A DNA stretch of 64,000 nt from an uncultured delta proteobacterium (GCA_963806225.1 CAWDXG010000004.1:3936001-4000000); one strand, 5' to 3'; positions 51,884 to 61,031 are shown, numbered from the stretch's first letter. A program made the numbers and translations. The notes: a model not told the origin generated them from the sequence alone.

Positions 51884-52384
51884 TCACTTGCCGGAGGCGA
51901 GAGCGAGGGGGACGACCACGTCTCCGCACTTGAGGCGGGTGGGCCACTTCTTCTCGGGATAGGAAAAGATGAGCCAGCGGTCGAGCTTGTCGCCGGGCGC
52001 CAGGATCTCGACCCCCGCGACGGGCGCCGAACCGAGCCCCGTCCTCTCTACGACCACACCGGGAAGATAGGCGTCGGCACCGTCGTCGAGATCGCATCGG
52101 TCCCAGTTGAAGCGCCGCTTCTGTGGGCTCGTGTTGGTCAGTTCCACCTCCACCCAGAGAAAGCGCTGCCCGTCCTGGGGCTCGAAGGTAGTGGTCCCTG
52201 TGCTGTACGCATTCGCGCCGTCGAGGACGTCCTTCGTCGCGATGTTCCAGGCGCCCGCACTGGCGGAGGCAGGCCGCTGCAGGATCGACTCCGCGCATCC
52301 ACTCGCAAAGAGAAGCAGAGCCACCGCGACCGCGCTCGAGAACCGGCCCACGAGAGACTGACTAGAGCTTGTGACATTCCCCAT
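51884..52384 (-). CDS. Hypothetical lipoprotein (DUF4352-like Ig fold)
   Basis: ASGC lipobox; FLWVEVELTNTS and LAPG...WLIF motifs. Confidence 0.65.
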   Translation of the reverse strand: MGNVTSSSQSLVGRFSSAVAVALLLFASGCAESILQRPASASAGAWNIATKDVLDGANAYSTGTTTFEPQDGQRFLWVEVELTNTSPQKRRFNWDRCDLDDGADAYLPGVVVERTGLGSAPVAGVEILAPGDKLDRWLIFSYPEKKWPTRLKCGDVVVPLALASGK

Positions 52385-52402
52385 GATAGTATCTCTGAGG
52401 AA

Positions 52403-53113
52403 ATGCTAGCTCGTATCCAGCGCCCGAGTCGACCACGGATCGCCGCGGTCGCTGCCGGAGCGCTCGCACTGCTGTGCCTGTGCCGACCCGCGCTCGCGGA
52501 TGCCAAAGGCGGCGGTAGTGGAGCCCGAAAGCCGGGGAAGGTGGTCAACCCCGAGGAGGTCGTCAACCCGGAGGAGGTCGTCACGGACGATGATGCCAAG
52601 ACCGCTTCGGGGCCACCGACCTCGCTGTGCATCATCCAGGAGAGTCCCGACACGTCGAAGCTGTTGTTCGTGACCTATGCCACGCACGACATGTGGCGGC
52701 CCTGTCGCAGTCGGAACCGCATGCCCATGACGTACGCCGACTACTACAAGGCCGTCGGGCGCCCAGACCTGCTGGCCTCTCAAGATCGCCGCTACACGAC
52801 AGAGACGGTCCTCTTCTGGAGCCAATTGGCGCTCACCGTGGGCGCCTTCGGTTTTGCGGCGGTCGCCGTATTCGGCAACAACAGCACGTACTGGTGGCCC
52901 GCGGGCGGTGCGGCCGCCGGTGCGATCACGATCGGAATCATCCGTGGTGCGCAATCGCCGCTGCCTATCGACTCGAACGAAGCGGTCCGCCTTGCAGACC
53001 AGTACAATAGCGGCAGCACGCACGCGCCCGTCCGGAAGCAGGAGGGTTTCCTGCCTGATCCACCCGGCGCCCATCGCCAGCTCGTGGTTCCGATCGTGGC
53101 GGGGTATTTCTGA
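52403..53113 (+). CDS. Hypothetical exported/membrane protein
   Basis: GAGG RBS, signal peptide, two TM segments, terminal AGYF. Confidence 0.65.
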   Translation: MLARIQRPSRPRIAAVAAGALALLCLCRPALADAKGGGSGARKPGKVVNPEEVVNPEEVVTDDDAKTASGPPTSLCIIQESPDTSKLLFVTYATHDMWRPCRSRNRMPMTYADYYKAVGRPDLLASQDRRYTTETVLFWSQLALTVGAFGFAAVAVFGNNSTYWWPAGGAAAGAITIGIIRGAQSPLPIDSNEAVRLADQYNSGSTHAPVRKQEGFLPDPPGAHRQLVVPIVAGYF

Positions 53114-53186
53114 TAGCGCTCGAGGGCTGCCGCGACGCCTTGTTGGCGCATGACTCCACGCTCGTGTGTTGTGGCTTCGCGGCGCT

Positions 53187-53675
53187 TCAGCTGGCCACGG
53201 GCCAGCCGCGGGCTTTGGCCCAGGCGGCGTAGTCCGCCAGAAGCGCGGGGTAGTCCTCGTTCGCCGGGAACTCGTCGTAGCGCTTCACCGCCGGCGTGGT
53301 CACCCACGTCAGCTTGGTGGCGGCGTACGTCTCCATGTAGGGCGAAAACCAGCTCGCATCGTCCAGAAGCGTGGCCCGCACGTTCACGATACCGAACTGG
53401 TCGATGTGCGTAAGCACCCACGTCTTGCAGCGGTCGCAGCACATGTGGCGGATGTCGCCATCCGGAACGCCTCCGCGCACCAGCTCGCCGCGTGTCACTT
53501 CCACACGGCCCGCGGGGAGGATCAGCGACAGGGAAAAGGCGCTGGAGCTCATGCGCTGACATCCGCGGCAGTGGCAGACGGCCGTTGCAATCGGCGGCGC
53601 CGCCACTCGAAAGCCGACCTCGCCACAGCGACACTGGCCTTCCCACGGCAGCAGACCCGGTGCGTCTTCAGCCAT
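53187..53675 (-). CDS. GFA (glutathione-dependent formaldehyde-activating/CENP-V) family protein
   Basis: GQCRCGEV, CHCRGCQR and CDRC motifs. Confidence 0.9.
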   Translation of the reverse strand: MAEDAPGLLPWEGQCRCGEVGFRVAAPPIATAVCHCRGCQRMSSSAFSLSLILPAGRVEVTRGELVRGGVPDGDIRHMCCDRCKTWVLTHIDQFGIVNVRATLLDDASWFSPYMETYAATKLTWVTTPAVKRYDEFPANEDYPALLADYAAWAKARGWPVAS

Positions 53676-53758
53676 CGCGGCAAGATAGCAGAGGCGGGCC
53701 GCCTTGACTCCGTCTCCGCGAGTCACGACCGTCACCTACACCGTGGAGCCGCATTCCC

Positions 53759-53820
53759 GAGGGCCCCGCCCGCGCAGCACGGACGGGCGCTCGAACGTCG
53801 CGCTTCGCGGGGGAGCATCC
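53759..53820 (+). repeat. Element copy C (right half only)
   Basis: gagggccccgcccgcgc...agcacggacgggcgctcgaacgtcgcgct...gggggagcatcc. Confidence 0.85.
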
Positions 53821-53935
53821 TTTGTTGGCAGCCCGCGCCGGCGCGGCAACGCGGACCGCGCCGGCGCGGGTTTTGGTGCGGGCAATGTGGAAGCGAAAGC
53901 CGTCAGCGCAGGCGCGTCGAATGTGGATTTCGTGC

Positions 53936-54936
53936 TGTTGCAGGTCAGTGACTCCGTCGCCCTTACTGCACAGTGAAAATGTCACCCCCTTCCACCTAGG
54001 AAGGGCGGACGCAGATGAGCGAGCGGCAATGGCGTATTTTGAGCTTGCTGGAGCGGCTGGAGCGAGGCGAAGTCACTGTCGGGGAGGTTGCAGCGAGCGT
54101 GGGGTGGTCGAGGCGACAGGTGCAGCGGATGCGCAAGCGTCTGGCCCAGCAGGGCGCTCCCGGACTCGTGCATGGCAACGCTGGCAGGGCGCCGAAGCAC
54201 AGGACGCCGCAGGAGCTCCGTGAGCAGGTGGTGATGCTGCGCCGGGGCAAGTACGCTGGTTTCAACGACCAGCACTTCACCGAGAAGCTGGTGGAAGTGG
54301 AGGGGCTCGAGCTGTCACGGGAGACGGTTCGCCGCATACTGCGCGAAGCGGGGATTGGCTGGCCTCGCAAGCCTGATGGGCGCCATCGACGATGCTACGG
54401 GGGAGCTGCTGCCAGGCGCCCAGTTCACCGAGCAGGAGTGCACGGTGGGCTATCTGCGCGTGCTGCGCGACATCCTGCTGCACAAGGGAATTCCCCACAC
54501 CGTGTACGGCGATCGCCACAGCAGCCTGAAACGCAACGACAAGCACTGGACGCTCGAGGAGGAGTCGGCGGGCCGGCAGGAGCGCGCCTTCCCACCACAC
54601 GAAGGTGCTGGACCTATGCGCTCTGCACTACGTCCGGAAGGTCTACAAGAACCACACCGTGCATATCAACGGTCGCGTCGTCGACATCCCCAGACGACCC
54701 GATGCTCGCTACGCAACGTACGCGGGCAAGGGGGTCATCGTGAAGCACCTGCTCTCCGACGACTACCGCGTCTTCCATGACGGACAGTGCATCGCGTGGG
54801 CTCGTGGCGAACGACCGAAGGCAACCTCAGCGCCGGCAGGAAGACCAAACGACAACACGACAAGCCAAGGAACGACGAGGTGGGGTGACAGTTTCACAGA
54901 GCAGTTGAGGGGTGACATTTTCACGTTGCTCTGACA
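53936..54936 (+). mobile_element. IS1202-family (ISNCY) insertion sequence, internally deleted
   Basis: TGT...ACA ends. 16-bp direct repeat aatgtggatttcgtgc at 53920-53935 and 54937-54952. Perfect 16-bp subterminal IR at 53973-53988 / 54909-54924, plus a second copy at 54882-54897. Confidence 0.9.
54015..54934 (+). pseudogene. Transposase remnant in three frames
   Basis: HTH segment (SRRQVQR...LVHGNAGR...HFTEKL), then AIDDATG...YGDRHS, then a C-terminal piece; the first catalytic Asp region and the KGRVER region are missing. Confidence 0.88.
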
Positions 54937-55136
54937 AATGTGGATTTCGTGCTTGACAGGTTTCCGGGGGCATCAAGTTTCGATTGCGCGGGTTCGAGCG
55001 AAGAGCGCGGTTGCTCGAGCCAGATCGCGCACTGACGCGCTGGCGTTTGCGGGAGGCAAATTCAAACGATCGGAGCCGCGAAAGCGCGCCTGCTTCGCTC
55101 CAGCGAAGCGTCGAAAGCGGGGTGTAGGGTGCAGTC

Positions 55137-56456
55137 ATGAATGCGCTCGTCACCCACACGGATTCTGGCCGTTTCGATCTCGCCGCGCTCTCCGACGAGG
55201 CGCTGCTCGTGGGGACGCGCAGGCTGGTCGCGTCGGCGAACCACACGCTCGCCGCGCTGCTGGCGCATCTTGCGGAGGTGGAGGCGCGGGGGATCCACCG
55301 GGTGCGGGCGTGCTCAAGCCTGTACACGTATTGCATCTACGAGCTGCGCATGTCGGAGGACGCGGCGTTCCGGCGCGCTAAGGCGGCGCGGCTGTGCCGG
55401 CGCTTTTTGGCGCTGTACGACGCGGTCGCCGCGGGCGAGCTGCATCTGACGGGGCTCTTGATGCTGGGGGCGCACCTCACGCAGGACAACTGCGGCGAGG
55501 TGCTGGCGCGGGCGCGCTTCCGCAGCAAGCGAGAGATCGCGAAGCTGGTGCGCGAGCTGGATCCGCTGCCGGATGTGCCGGCGCGCGTCGAGCCGCTCGG
55601 ACCGGAGCTGGCAACGCCGCGCGCGCCCACGTGGGGACAGTTCGCGGCGTCGTTCAATCCGGTGCGGGAGCTTCCGCCGGGGGAGAGGCCGGCGGATTGG
55701 ATCGATGGCGCGGCGGACGGCGACGCGGACTACGACGGCGCGAACGAGCGCAGCGAGTCGACACCCGCGCCGGCGCGGGCGGCCCAGCGCTACAAGGTGC
55801 AGTTCACGGCCTCGCAGGAGTACGTCGAGCTGCTCGAGCGGGCCTGCGATCTGCTTTCGCACGCCGTGCCCGACCGGTCGATCGAGGAGGTGCACCTGCG
55901 CGCGCTGCGCGAGCTGGTCGCGATGCTCGAGAAGAAGAAGTACGCGGCGACGGACAAGCCGCGCCGGCGCGGGGACGGCGACAAGACGGCAGCGTCGAAG
56001 TCGAGCGGTGGCGACAACCCGCGCCGGCGCGGCGCGGACAACAGCGCGGAATCACTGCGGCGCGCCAACGCGGGCCCGCGCCGGCGCGGCATTCCGGCGG
56101 CCGTCCGCCGCGCTGTCCGCGAGCGCGACGGGGCGCGCTGCACGTTCGTGGACGCGCGGGGGCAGCGCTGTCTCGAGACGGCGCTGCTCGAGCTACATCA
56201 CGAAGTGCCGTTCGCGCGCGGCGGGCCGGCCACGGCGGAGAACCTCCGCCTGCGCTGCCGCGCGCACAATGCGCTGGCGGCCGAGCGCGACTTCGGGCGC
56301 GGGTTCATGCAAGCTGCGGACACCGCCGCCGGACGGGTGAGCGCGGGGCGGCACCAAGCAGCCAGTGCGCCGCCGTGTCGTTGGGACCTCTCGCGCACGC
56401 GCAGCCCGGCAAGCCGTAGCGCGTGCGCTGCGCCGGCCGGGCGAGCATGCGCTTGA
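55137..56456 (+). CDS. HNH endonuclease with a DUF222-like N-terminal region
   Basis: LLAHLAEVEAR...SSLYTYC; IPAAVRRAVRERDGARCTF...RC...LELHHEVPFARGG...ENLRLRCRAHN. The ORF ends inside repeat copy D. Confidence 0.9.
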   Translation: MNALVTHTDSGRFDLAALSDEALLVGTRRLVASANHTLAALLAHLAEVEARGIHRVRACSSLYTYCIYELRMSEDAAFRRAKAARLCRRFLALYDAVAAGELHLTGLLMLGAHLTQDNCGEVLARARFRSKREIAKLVRELDPLPDVPARVEPLGPELATPRAPTWGQFAASFNPVRELPPGERPADWIDGAADGDADYDGANERSESTPAPARAAQRYKVQFTASQEYVELLERACDLLSHAVPDRSIEEVHLRALRELVAMLEKKKYAATDKPRRRGDGDKTAASKSSGGDNPRRRGADNSAESLRRANAGPRRRGIPAAVRRAVRERDGARCTFVDARGQRCLETALLELHHEVPFARGGPATAENLRLRCRAHNALAAERDFGRGFMQAADTAAGRVSAGRHQAASAPPCRWDLSRTRSPASRSACAAPAGRACA

Positions 56457-56533
56457 GGGACCCCGCCCGCGCGGAGCGCAGCGAGCACGGACGGGCGCTC
56501 GAACGTCGCGCTCTGCGGGGGAGCATCCCTGGT
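56383..56533 (+). repeat. ~150-bp dispersed structured element, copy D (full length)
   Basis: Aligns with copy A; contains a perfect 10-bp stem gcgcacgcgc/gcgcgtgcgc. Confidence 0.92.
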
Positions 56534-56540
56534 TCATCCA

Positions 56541-57110
56541 TCACTGGAGGTGAACCAGCTGGACCTCTCGATCGCCGCGGGTTCCCCAGCTCACAGCAAT
56601 GATGGGAAGCGCGTCGGGAATCAAGGTGATCTCCCAGTACTCGCGCGTGGTCCCGGCTGGTACCGGTTGGAAGTCCTTGGTCAGGAACGGAGGTGTCTTG
56701 TCCGGGTCCAGATAGGAGTTGCTCTGAGCCGGCACGGTTATGCTGCGCGCATATGTGGCGTCCGGGTTCCGGAGGGCCATGCTCAGGATAGACGGAGCGA
56801 TGCTCCCGCTCTGCGTCCCGCGGTTGGTGATCTTCAGATGCAGCCGCTCGAAGTGATAGCCCTCGTCGGCCCTCATGGCGACGGGCGTCTTCTCGCCCTC
56901 GAGGACGGCGATACGCCGGATCTTCTTGCCTAGATTCTTCCCGTCGATGACTACGCAGTCCCACTTCATACCGCCGATGGAGCGATCGAACGAGAACGTC
57001 TGCCCTAGGCCGATCCGCCGCGCGTGGTTCTCGTGTTTTTTGCACGACAAGAGAAGTACTGCTGCCGCGAGGAACGACAACAGCGTGACAGGGACCCTGC
57101 GTCTCGTCAT
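56541..57110 (-). CDS. Hypothetical lipoprotein
   Basis: LLSC lipobox; LHLKITNRG beta-rich segment. Confidence 0.65.
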   Translation of the reverse strand: MTRRRVPVTLLSFLAAAVLLLSCKKHENHARRIGLGQTFSFDRSIGGMKWDCVVIDGKNLGKKIRRIAVLEGEKTPVAMRADEGYHFERLHLKITNRGTQSGSIAPSILSMALRNPDATYARSITVPAQSNSYLDPDKTPPFLTKDFQPVPAGTTREYWEITLIPDALPIIAVSWGTRGDREVQLVHLQ

Positions 57111-57202
57111 GTCGCGACGACGCTAACATCTGGCACATCCTCGCGCACAGGGAAGGGTTGAAGCGCTGCCTCCGTACGAGGGGAGAACCCAGGGTGTACA
57201 GC

Positions 57203-58264
57203 ATGAAACGTATCTTCCAGCTTCTGGCTCTCGCGGCCAGCATCGGCCTGCCGGCGTGTAGCTCAGGCGGGCGCGGCAGCCTTCCCTGCACGGACGCGGG
57301 ATGTAGCGGTTCGGGCGGCTCCAGTGCGAGCGGCGGCTCCAGCAGCGGCGGCTCCAGTGCGAGCGGCGGCTCCAGTGCGAGCGGCGGCTCCGGTGCGAGC
57401 GGCGGCTCCGGTGCGAGCGGCGGCTCCGGTGCGAGCGGCGGCTCCGGTGCGGGCGGCTCGGGCGGCGGTCCATGCACTGTCTGCCCGAAGGGCTGCTTCA
57501 ATCTGGACAACGACGCGAACAACTGCGGGAGCTGCGGATACCAGTGCCCCGCTCCCTCCGGCGCGAACATGAAAGCGGTGTGCAGCTCGGGCAAATGCTC
57601 GACCGTGTGCACCGGCGGCACGGTGGCCTGCGGCTCCGCCTGCACCGACACCAAGACCGACCGGGACAACTGCGGGGGCTGCGCGGGCGCCGGGGGCGCG
57701 GTCTGTCACGGCACCCAGAGCTGCGTGAACGGCGTCTGCAAGTGCCCCGCGGGGCAGACCTTCTGCGGCTCCAGCTGCGCCAACCTCTCCAGCGACCCGT
57801 ACAACTGCTCCACCTGCGGCAAGGTCTGCGGGACCTGCACCAACGGCGTCTGCGCGTGCAAGGGCGCGGGCGGCTCCTGCTCGGTCGACACCCAGTGCTG
57901 CAGCGGCAGCTGCAACCTTTCCACCGGCAAGTGCGCCACGGCGCCCATCGGCGGGCAGTGCAAGAACCCGGCCGACTGCCAGTCCAACGACTGCGCCAGC
58001 GGCAAGTGCGCCTGCATGGCGGTGAACAGCACCAACTGCACCGGCGACGAGAATTGCTGCTCCGGCTGGTGCAACTTCGGGCAGTGCCATTGCGGCTACG
58101 ACGGCTCGCCTTGCCAGAGCGCCTCGGATTGCTGCAACAACAACTGCGTCAATGGGTTCTGCGCGTGCCGGAACACCAGCTGCACCGCGGGCACCACCAA
58201 GGGCGGCTCCATCGTCGACACCTGCTGCAGCGGTTCGTGCTACGGCGACGGCACCTGTCACTGA
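57203..58264 (+). CDS. Cys-rich lipoprotein with DxxNCGxC repeats and knottin-like CC repeats
   Basis: ATG at 57203; LPAC lipobox, (GGSGAS)n linker, several C-x5-CC-x3-C units. Confidence 0.85.
   Translation: MKRIFQLLALAASIGLPACSSGGRGSLPCTDAGCSGSGGSSASGGSSSGGSSASGGSSASGGSGASGGSGASGGSGASGGSGAGGSGGGPCTVCPKGCFNLDNDANNCGSCGYQCPAPSGANMKAVCSSGKCSTVCTGGTVACGSACTDTKTDRDNCGGCAGAGGAVCHGTQSCVNGVCKCPAGQTFCGSSCANLSSDPYNCSTCGKVCGTCTNGVCACKGAGGSCSVDTQCCSGSCNLSTGKCATAPIGGQCKNPADCQSNDCASGKCACMAVNSTNCTGDENCCSGWCNFGQCHCGYDGSPCQSASDCCNNNCVNGFCACRNTSCTAGTTKGGSIVDTCCSGSCYGDGTCH
57313..57460. repeat. 18-bp tandem repeats encoding GGS(S/G)AS
   Basis: ggcggctcc(a/g)gtgcgagc repeated about seven times. Confidence 0.85.
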
Positions 58265-58445
58265 GGGCAGGCGGGGCAGGGCTGGTTCACGGACAGTTGA
58301 TCGTCCTGGACGCTTCGTTCGAGTAGGTGCTCTCGACGCCCGTGCTGCCCAGCCGGGCGCGGCGCCGCGCGTTCATGCGCCGCAACAAGCCGGCGTCCGC
58401 TTCCACGCCGCACCATCTCGCGTGTCTCGATGATAGGATGGACGG

Positions 58446-59393
58446 ATGCGGAAGCGATGCGCCGTTCTGGTTTTGCCGCTGCTGCTGCTCGGATGCGGCT
58501 CCGGATCGTCCGGTGGACCGGCGACCCACACCGGGCTCTTCGAGTTCGGCAAGGCGGTCGGCGAACCGCTGGCGCGCGACTCCGGCTACCTCTACTGGGT
58601 CGGTGCGAAAGGCATCGTGCGCGCGCCGCTCGCCGGCGGCGCGACGACCACGATTGCCGGCGGCGGCGTGTTCAACTGCTACGGGCTCGCCGTCGACGGA
58701 CAGGCCGCGTACTGGACGAACTTCGATGATCATACCGTGTCCAAGGTGGCGGCATCGGGCGGCACGCCAGTGGTGCTTGCGACGAACCAGGATCAGGACT
58801 ACGCCATCGTGAAGGGCGGTGCGAGCGTGTTCTGGGAGGTGAACCCGAGCGCGGCCCAGGCCTCGTTGATGACGGTGCCGAAGTCCGGAGGCGCGACCCA
58901 GACGTTCGCGACGTCCCCGACGCAGTACTTCGGCGCGCTCGCCGCCGACGACAGCGCCGTCTACTACGCCCTAGCGGAATCGAGCACGATCGAGTCGGTG
59001 CCGCTCGCGGGTGGCGCGCCGTCCAAGGTGGCCGGATTCGACGCCGGACCCGTCACGCGGATGGTCGTGGACGGTGGCACGCTCTATTTCACGAGCTTCG
59101 AGGGCAACGCGATCGGTTCGGTGCCGGTCTCCGGCGGCACGCCGACCACGCTGGCGAAGGACCTGCCCGCCCCGAGGCACCTGGCCGTCGACGGGGGCTT
59201 CGTCTACTTCACGGCGCAAGGACCCCACGGCGTGTCGAACCAGGCGAGCATCCTACGCGTTCCGGTCGCGGGTGGAACGCCCGAGACGCTCGCATCCGGA
59301 CGCCCGTCGAACGGGCTCGGCGACATCGCCGTCGGTCCGACCTACGTGTACTGGATTGAGCAGGCCGGCAACTTGATGGCGACCACCAAGTAG
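58446..59393 (+). CDS. Beta-propeller lipoprotein (DUF5050-like)
   Basis: LLGC lipobox; repeated LAVD..xYW/YF...VPxxGGTP blades. Confidence 0.82.
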   Translation: MRKRCAVLVLPLLLLGCGSGSSGGPATHTGLFEFGKAVGEPLARDSGYLYWVGAKGIVRAPLAGGATTTIAGGGVFNCYGLAVDGQAAYWTNFDDHTVSKVAASGGTPVVLATNQDQDYAIVKGGASVFWEVNPSAAQASLMTVPKSGGATQTFATSPTQYFGALAADDSAVYYALAESSTIESVPLAGGAPSKVAGFDAGPVTRMVVDGGTLYFTSFEGNAIGSVPVSGGTPTTLAKDLPAPRHLAVDGGFVYFTAQGPHGVSNQASILRVPVAGGTPETLASGRPSNGLGDIAVGPTYVYWIEQAGNLMATTK

Positions 59394-59553
59394 AGCCACC
59401 GACCGGTGACGAGGGACGCGTCGGGCTGGCGAGCAGTGACGCTGCACCAGTACGTGCGCACTCTGCAACGTGGTGGGCTTTCTGGTTCTGGCATTCCTCG
59501 TGCCGGACAAGAGGTAGGCGAAGCGCTCGCGGTGCGGCTACCGCGGGCAGCTC

Positions 59554-59982
59554 TTGCGCCTGTTCGGGGTGATCTGGCTTTCGATCGGCGGCGGCGCTGC
59601 GGTCGTGGCGCCCGCCACAGGAGTCACCCAGGTGTTGATCGGAACAAGTGTGGGCGGCGGCATAGCGATGGTCGCGCTCGGATTGTGGCTGGCGGGCTGG
59701 TCGCGCAAGCGCTCCGGAATGCGCGTGTTCCGCGACGGGCTGGAGGCCAGCGGAGAGGTCGTAAACGTACGTCAGGACCTCGCCGTGCGCGTCAACGGTC
59801 AGCATCCCTGGAAAGTGGACTACAGCTTCTGGGCGTCGAAGGGTGGCGCGACGCGCGGCACCGAAACGTTCTGGGGCGACAAGCCTGCTGTGAAGGTCGG
59901 CGAGAGCGTGGTGGTGCTCTACGATCCGGAACGCCCTGCGCAATGCGCACTCTGGACGTTGCCCGACGCGCCGGCGCGCTGA
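59554..59982 (+). CDS. DUF3592-like membrane protein
   Basis: Two TM helices; G..ASGEV, VDYSF and VVVLYDPERP motifs. Confidence 0.72.
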   Translation: MRLFGVIWLSIGGGAAVVAPATGVTQVLIGTSVGGGIAMVALGLWLAGWSRKRSGMRVFRDGLEASGEVVNVRQDLAVRVNGQHPWKVDYSFWASKGGATRGTETFWGDKPAVKVGESVVVLYDPERPAQCALWTLPDAPAR

Positions 59983-60053
59983 GCCGGCTGCATCGCCGTC
60001 GCGCAGGGGCTGCCACTTGTAGCGCCGCCGCGACAGTGACAGCTTCTGATCCC

Positions 60054-60992
60054 ATGCAACTCCCTGTTCCCCCGCCGGACGTCGCGCGCGCTGGGCTTCG
60101 CGGCATCAAGATGGTCGCCGCGGCCGACGGCGTGTTCCAGGACCTGGAACGCGATCTGATGAACGCGGCCCAGAAGCACCTGCTCCAGACCGACTTCGAC
60201 CTCGACGAGCTCGAACCGATCGCGCCCGAAGAGCTCGCCAAGGCCATCCCGCCGGAGTTCGCCGAGCGCGTGCTGGGCGGCGCGATCATCGTGTCGCTGA
60301 TCGACGGCGAAGCGAGCGCTGCGGAGACGGAGCTCCTGCAGGCGTTCGCCAAGGCGATGGGCCTCCCGGGCGATGGCGTGAAGGAAACGCAGCGGCTCGT
60401 CGACCAGCAGATGCTGCGCTTCCGTATGGACGTCCTCAGGCGCTCGTTTTTGGGGCAGCGCATCAAGGACTTCGTGAAGCGCCGCGGGCTCAGCGGCCTC
60501 GTCGCCGTCGCCAAGGGCGTGATGGGTCGCGAGGATCCGGCACTGGCCGCGCGCTACCGCGCGCTCGCGGAAAAGCCCGCCGGCACGCTGGCCCGCGGGT
60601 ACTACGACTTCGTCACCTCGCACGAGTTCTCCTTCCCCGGCGAGAAGGACTCGGCGCCCGAGCCGATCGTGTTCCACGACTGCCTGCACGTGCTCGCGGG
60701 CTACGAGACCACATCGCTGGAAGAGACACTGATTGCCGCCTTCCAGGCCGGCACCATGAAGAAGGATCCGCTCTTCGGTCTGCTCTTCGGGCTCGCGCAG
60801 TTCCAGCTCGGCGTCGCCATCACGCCCGTGACCGCGCCCGAGAAGCTGGTGATGGATCCGGAGCTCCTGCTCGCGGCCTTCGTCCGCGGCACCCACGTCA
60901 CGCGCGACGTGTGCGTCGACTGGCAGCCCTGGGACGACTTCGACCGGCCGATCGAGGAGCTGCGCGATGAGCTCCACATCGCGCCGCGCTGA
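60054..60992 (+). CDS. TerB-like plus Coq4-like two-domain protein
   Basis: ATG at 60054; AAADG and IDGEASAAE (TerB-like); LAEKPAGTLARGY and HDCLHVLAGYET...E (Coq4-like HDxxH). Confidence 0.72.
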   Translation: MQLPVPPPDVARAGLRGIKMVAAADGVFQDLERDLMNAAQKHLLQTDFDLDELEPIAPEELAKAIPPEFAERVLGGAIIVSLIDGEASAAETELLQAFAKAMGLPGDGVKETQRLVDQQMLRFRMDVLRRSFLGQRIKDFVKRRGLSGLVAVAKGVMGREDPALAARYRALAEKPAGTLARGYYDFVTSHEFSFPGEKDSAPEPIVFHDCLHVLAGYETTSLEETLIAAFQAGTMKKDPLFGLLFGLAQFQLGVAITPVTAPEKLVMDPELLLAAFVRGTHVTRDVCVDWQPWDDFDRPIEELRDELHIAPR

Positions 60993-61031
60993 CGACGGCC
61001 AGGCTGCAGCGCAATGCCCGGCGCGCCGGCC

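Noticed and set aside
55959..56089. CRISPR array formed by the palindrome and spacers
   Set aside because: The repeat is only 14 bp, there are three units inside an ORF, and no cas genes are present; reported as a palindrome cluster instead.
42600..57110. Classical integron cassette array
   Set aside because: No intI/tyrosine recombinase, no RYYYAAC...GTTRRRY attC boxes in the repeat, and the cargo genes are in mixed orientation.
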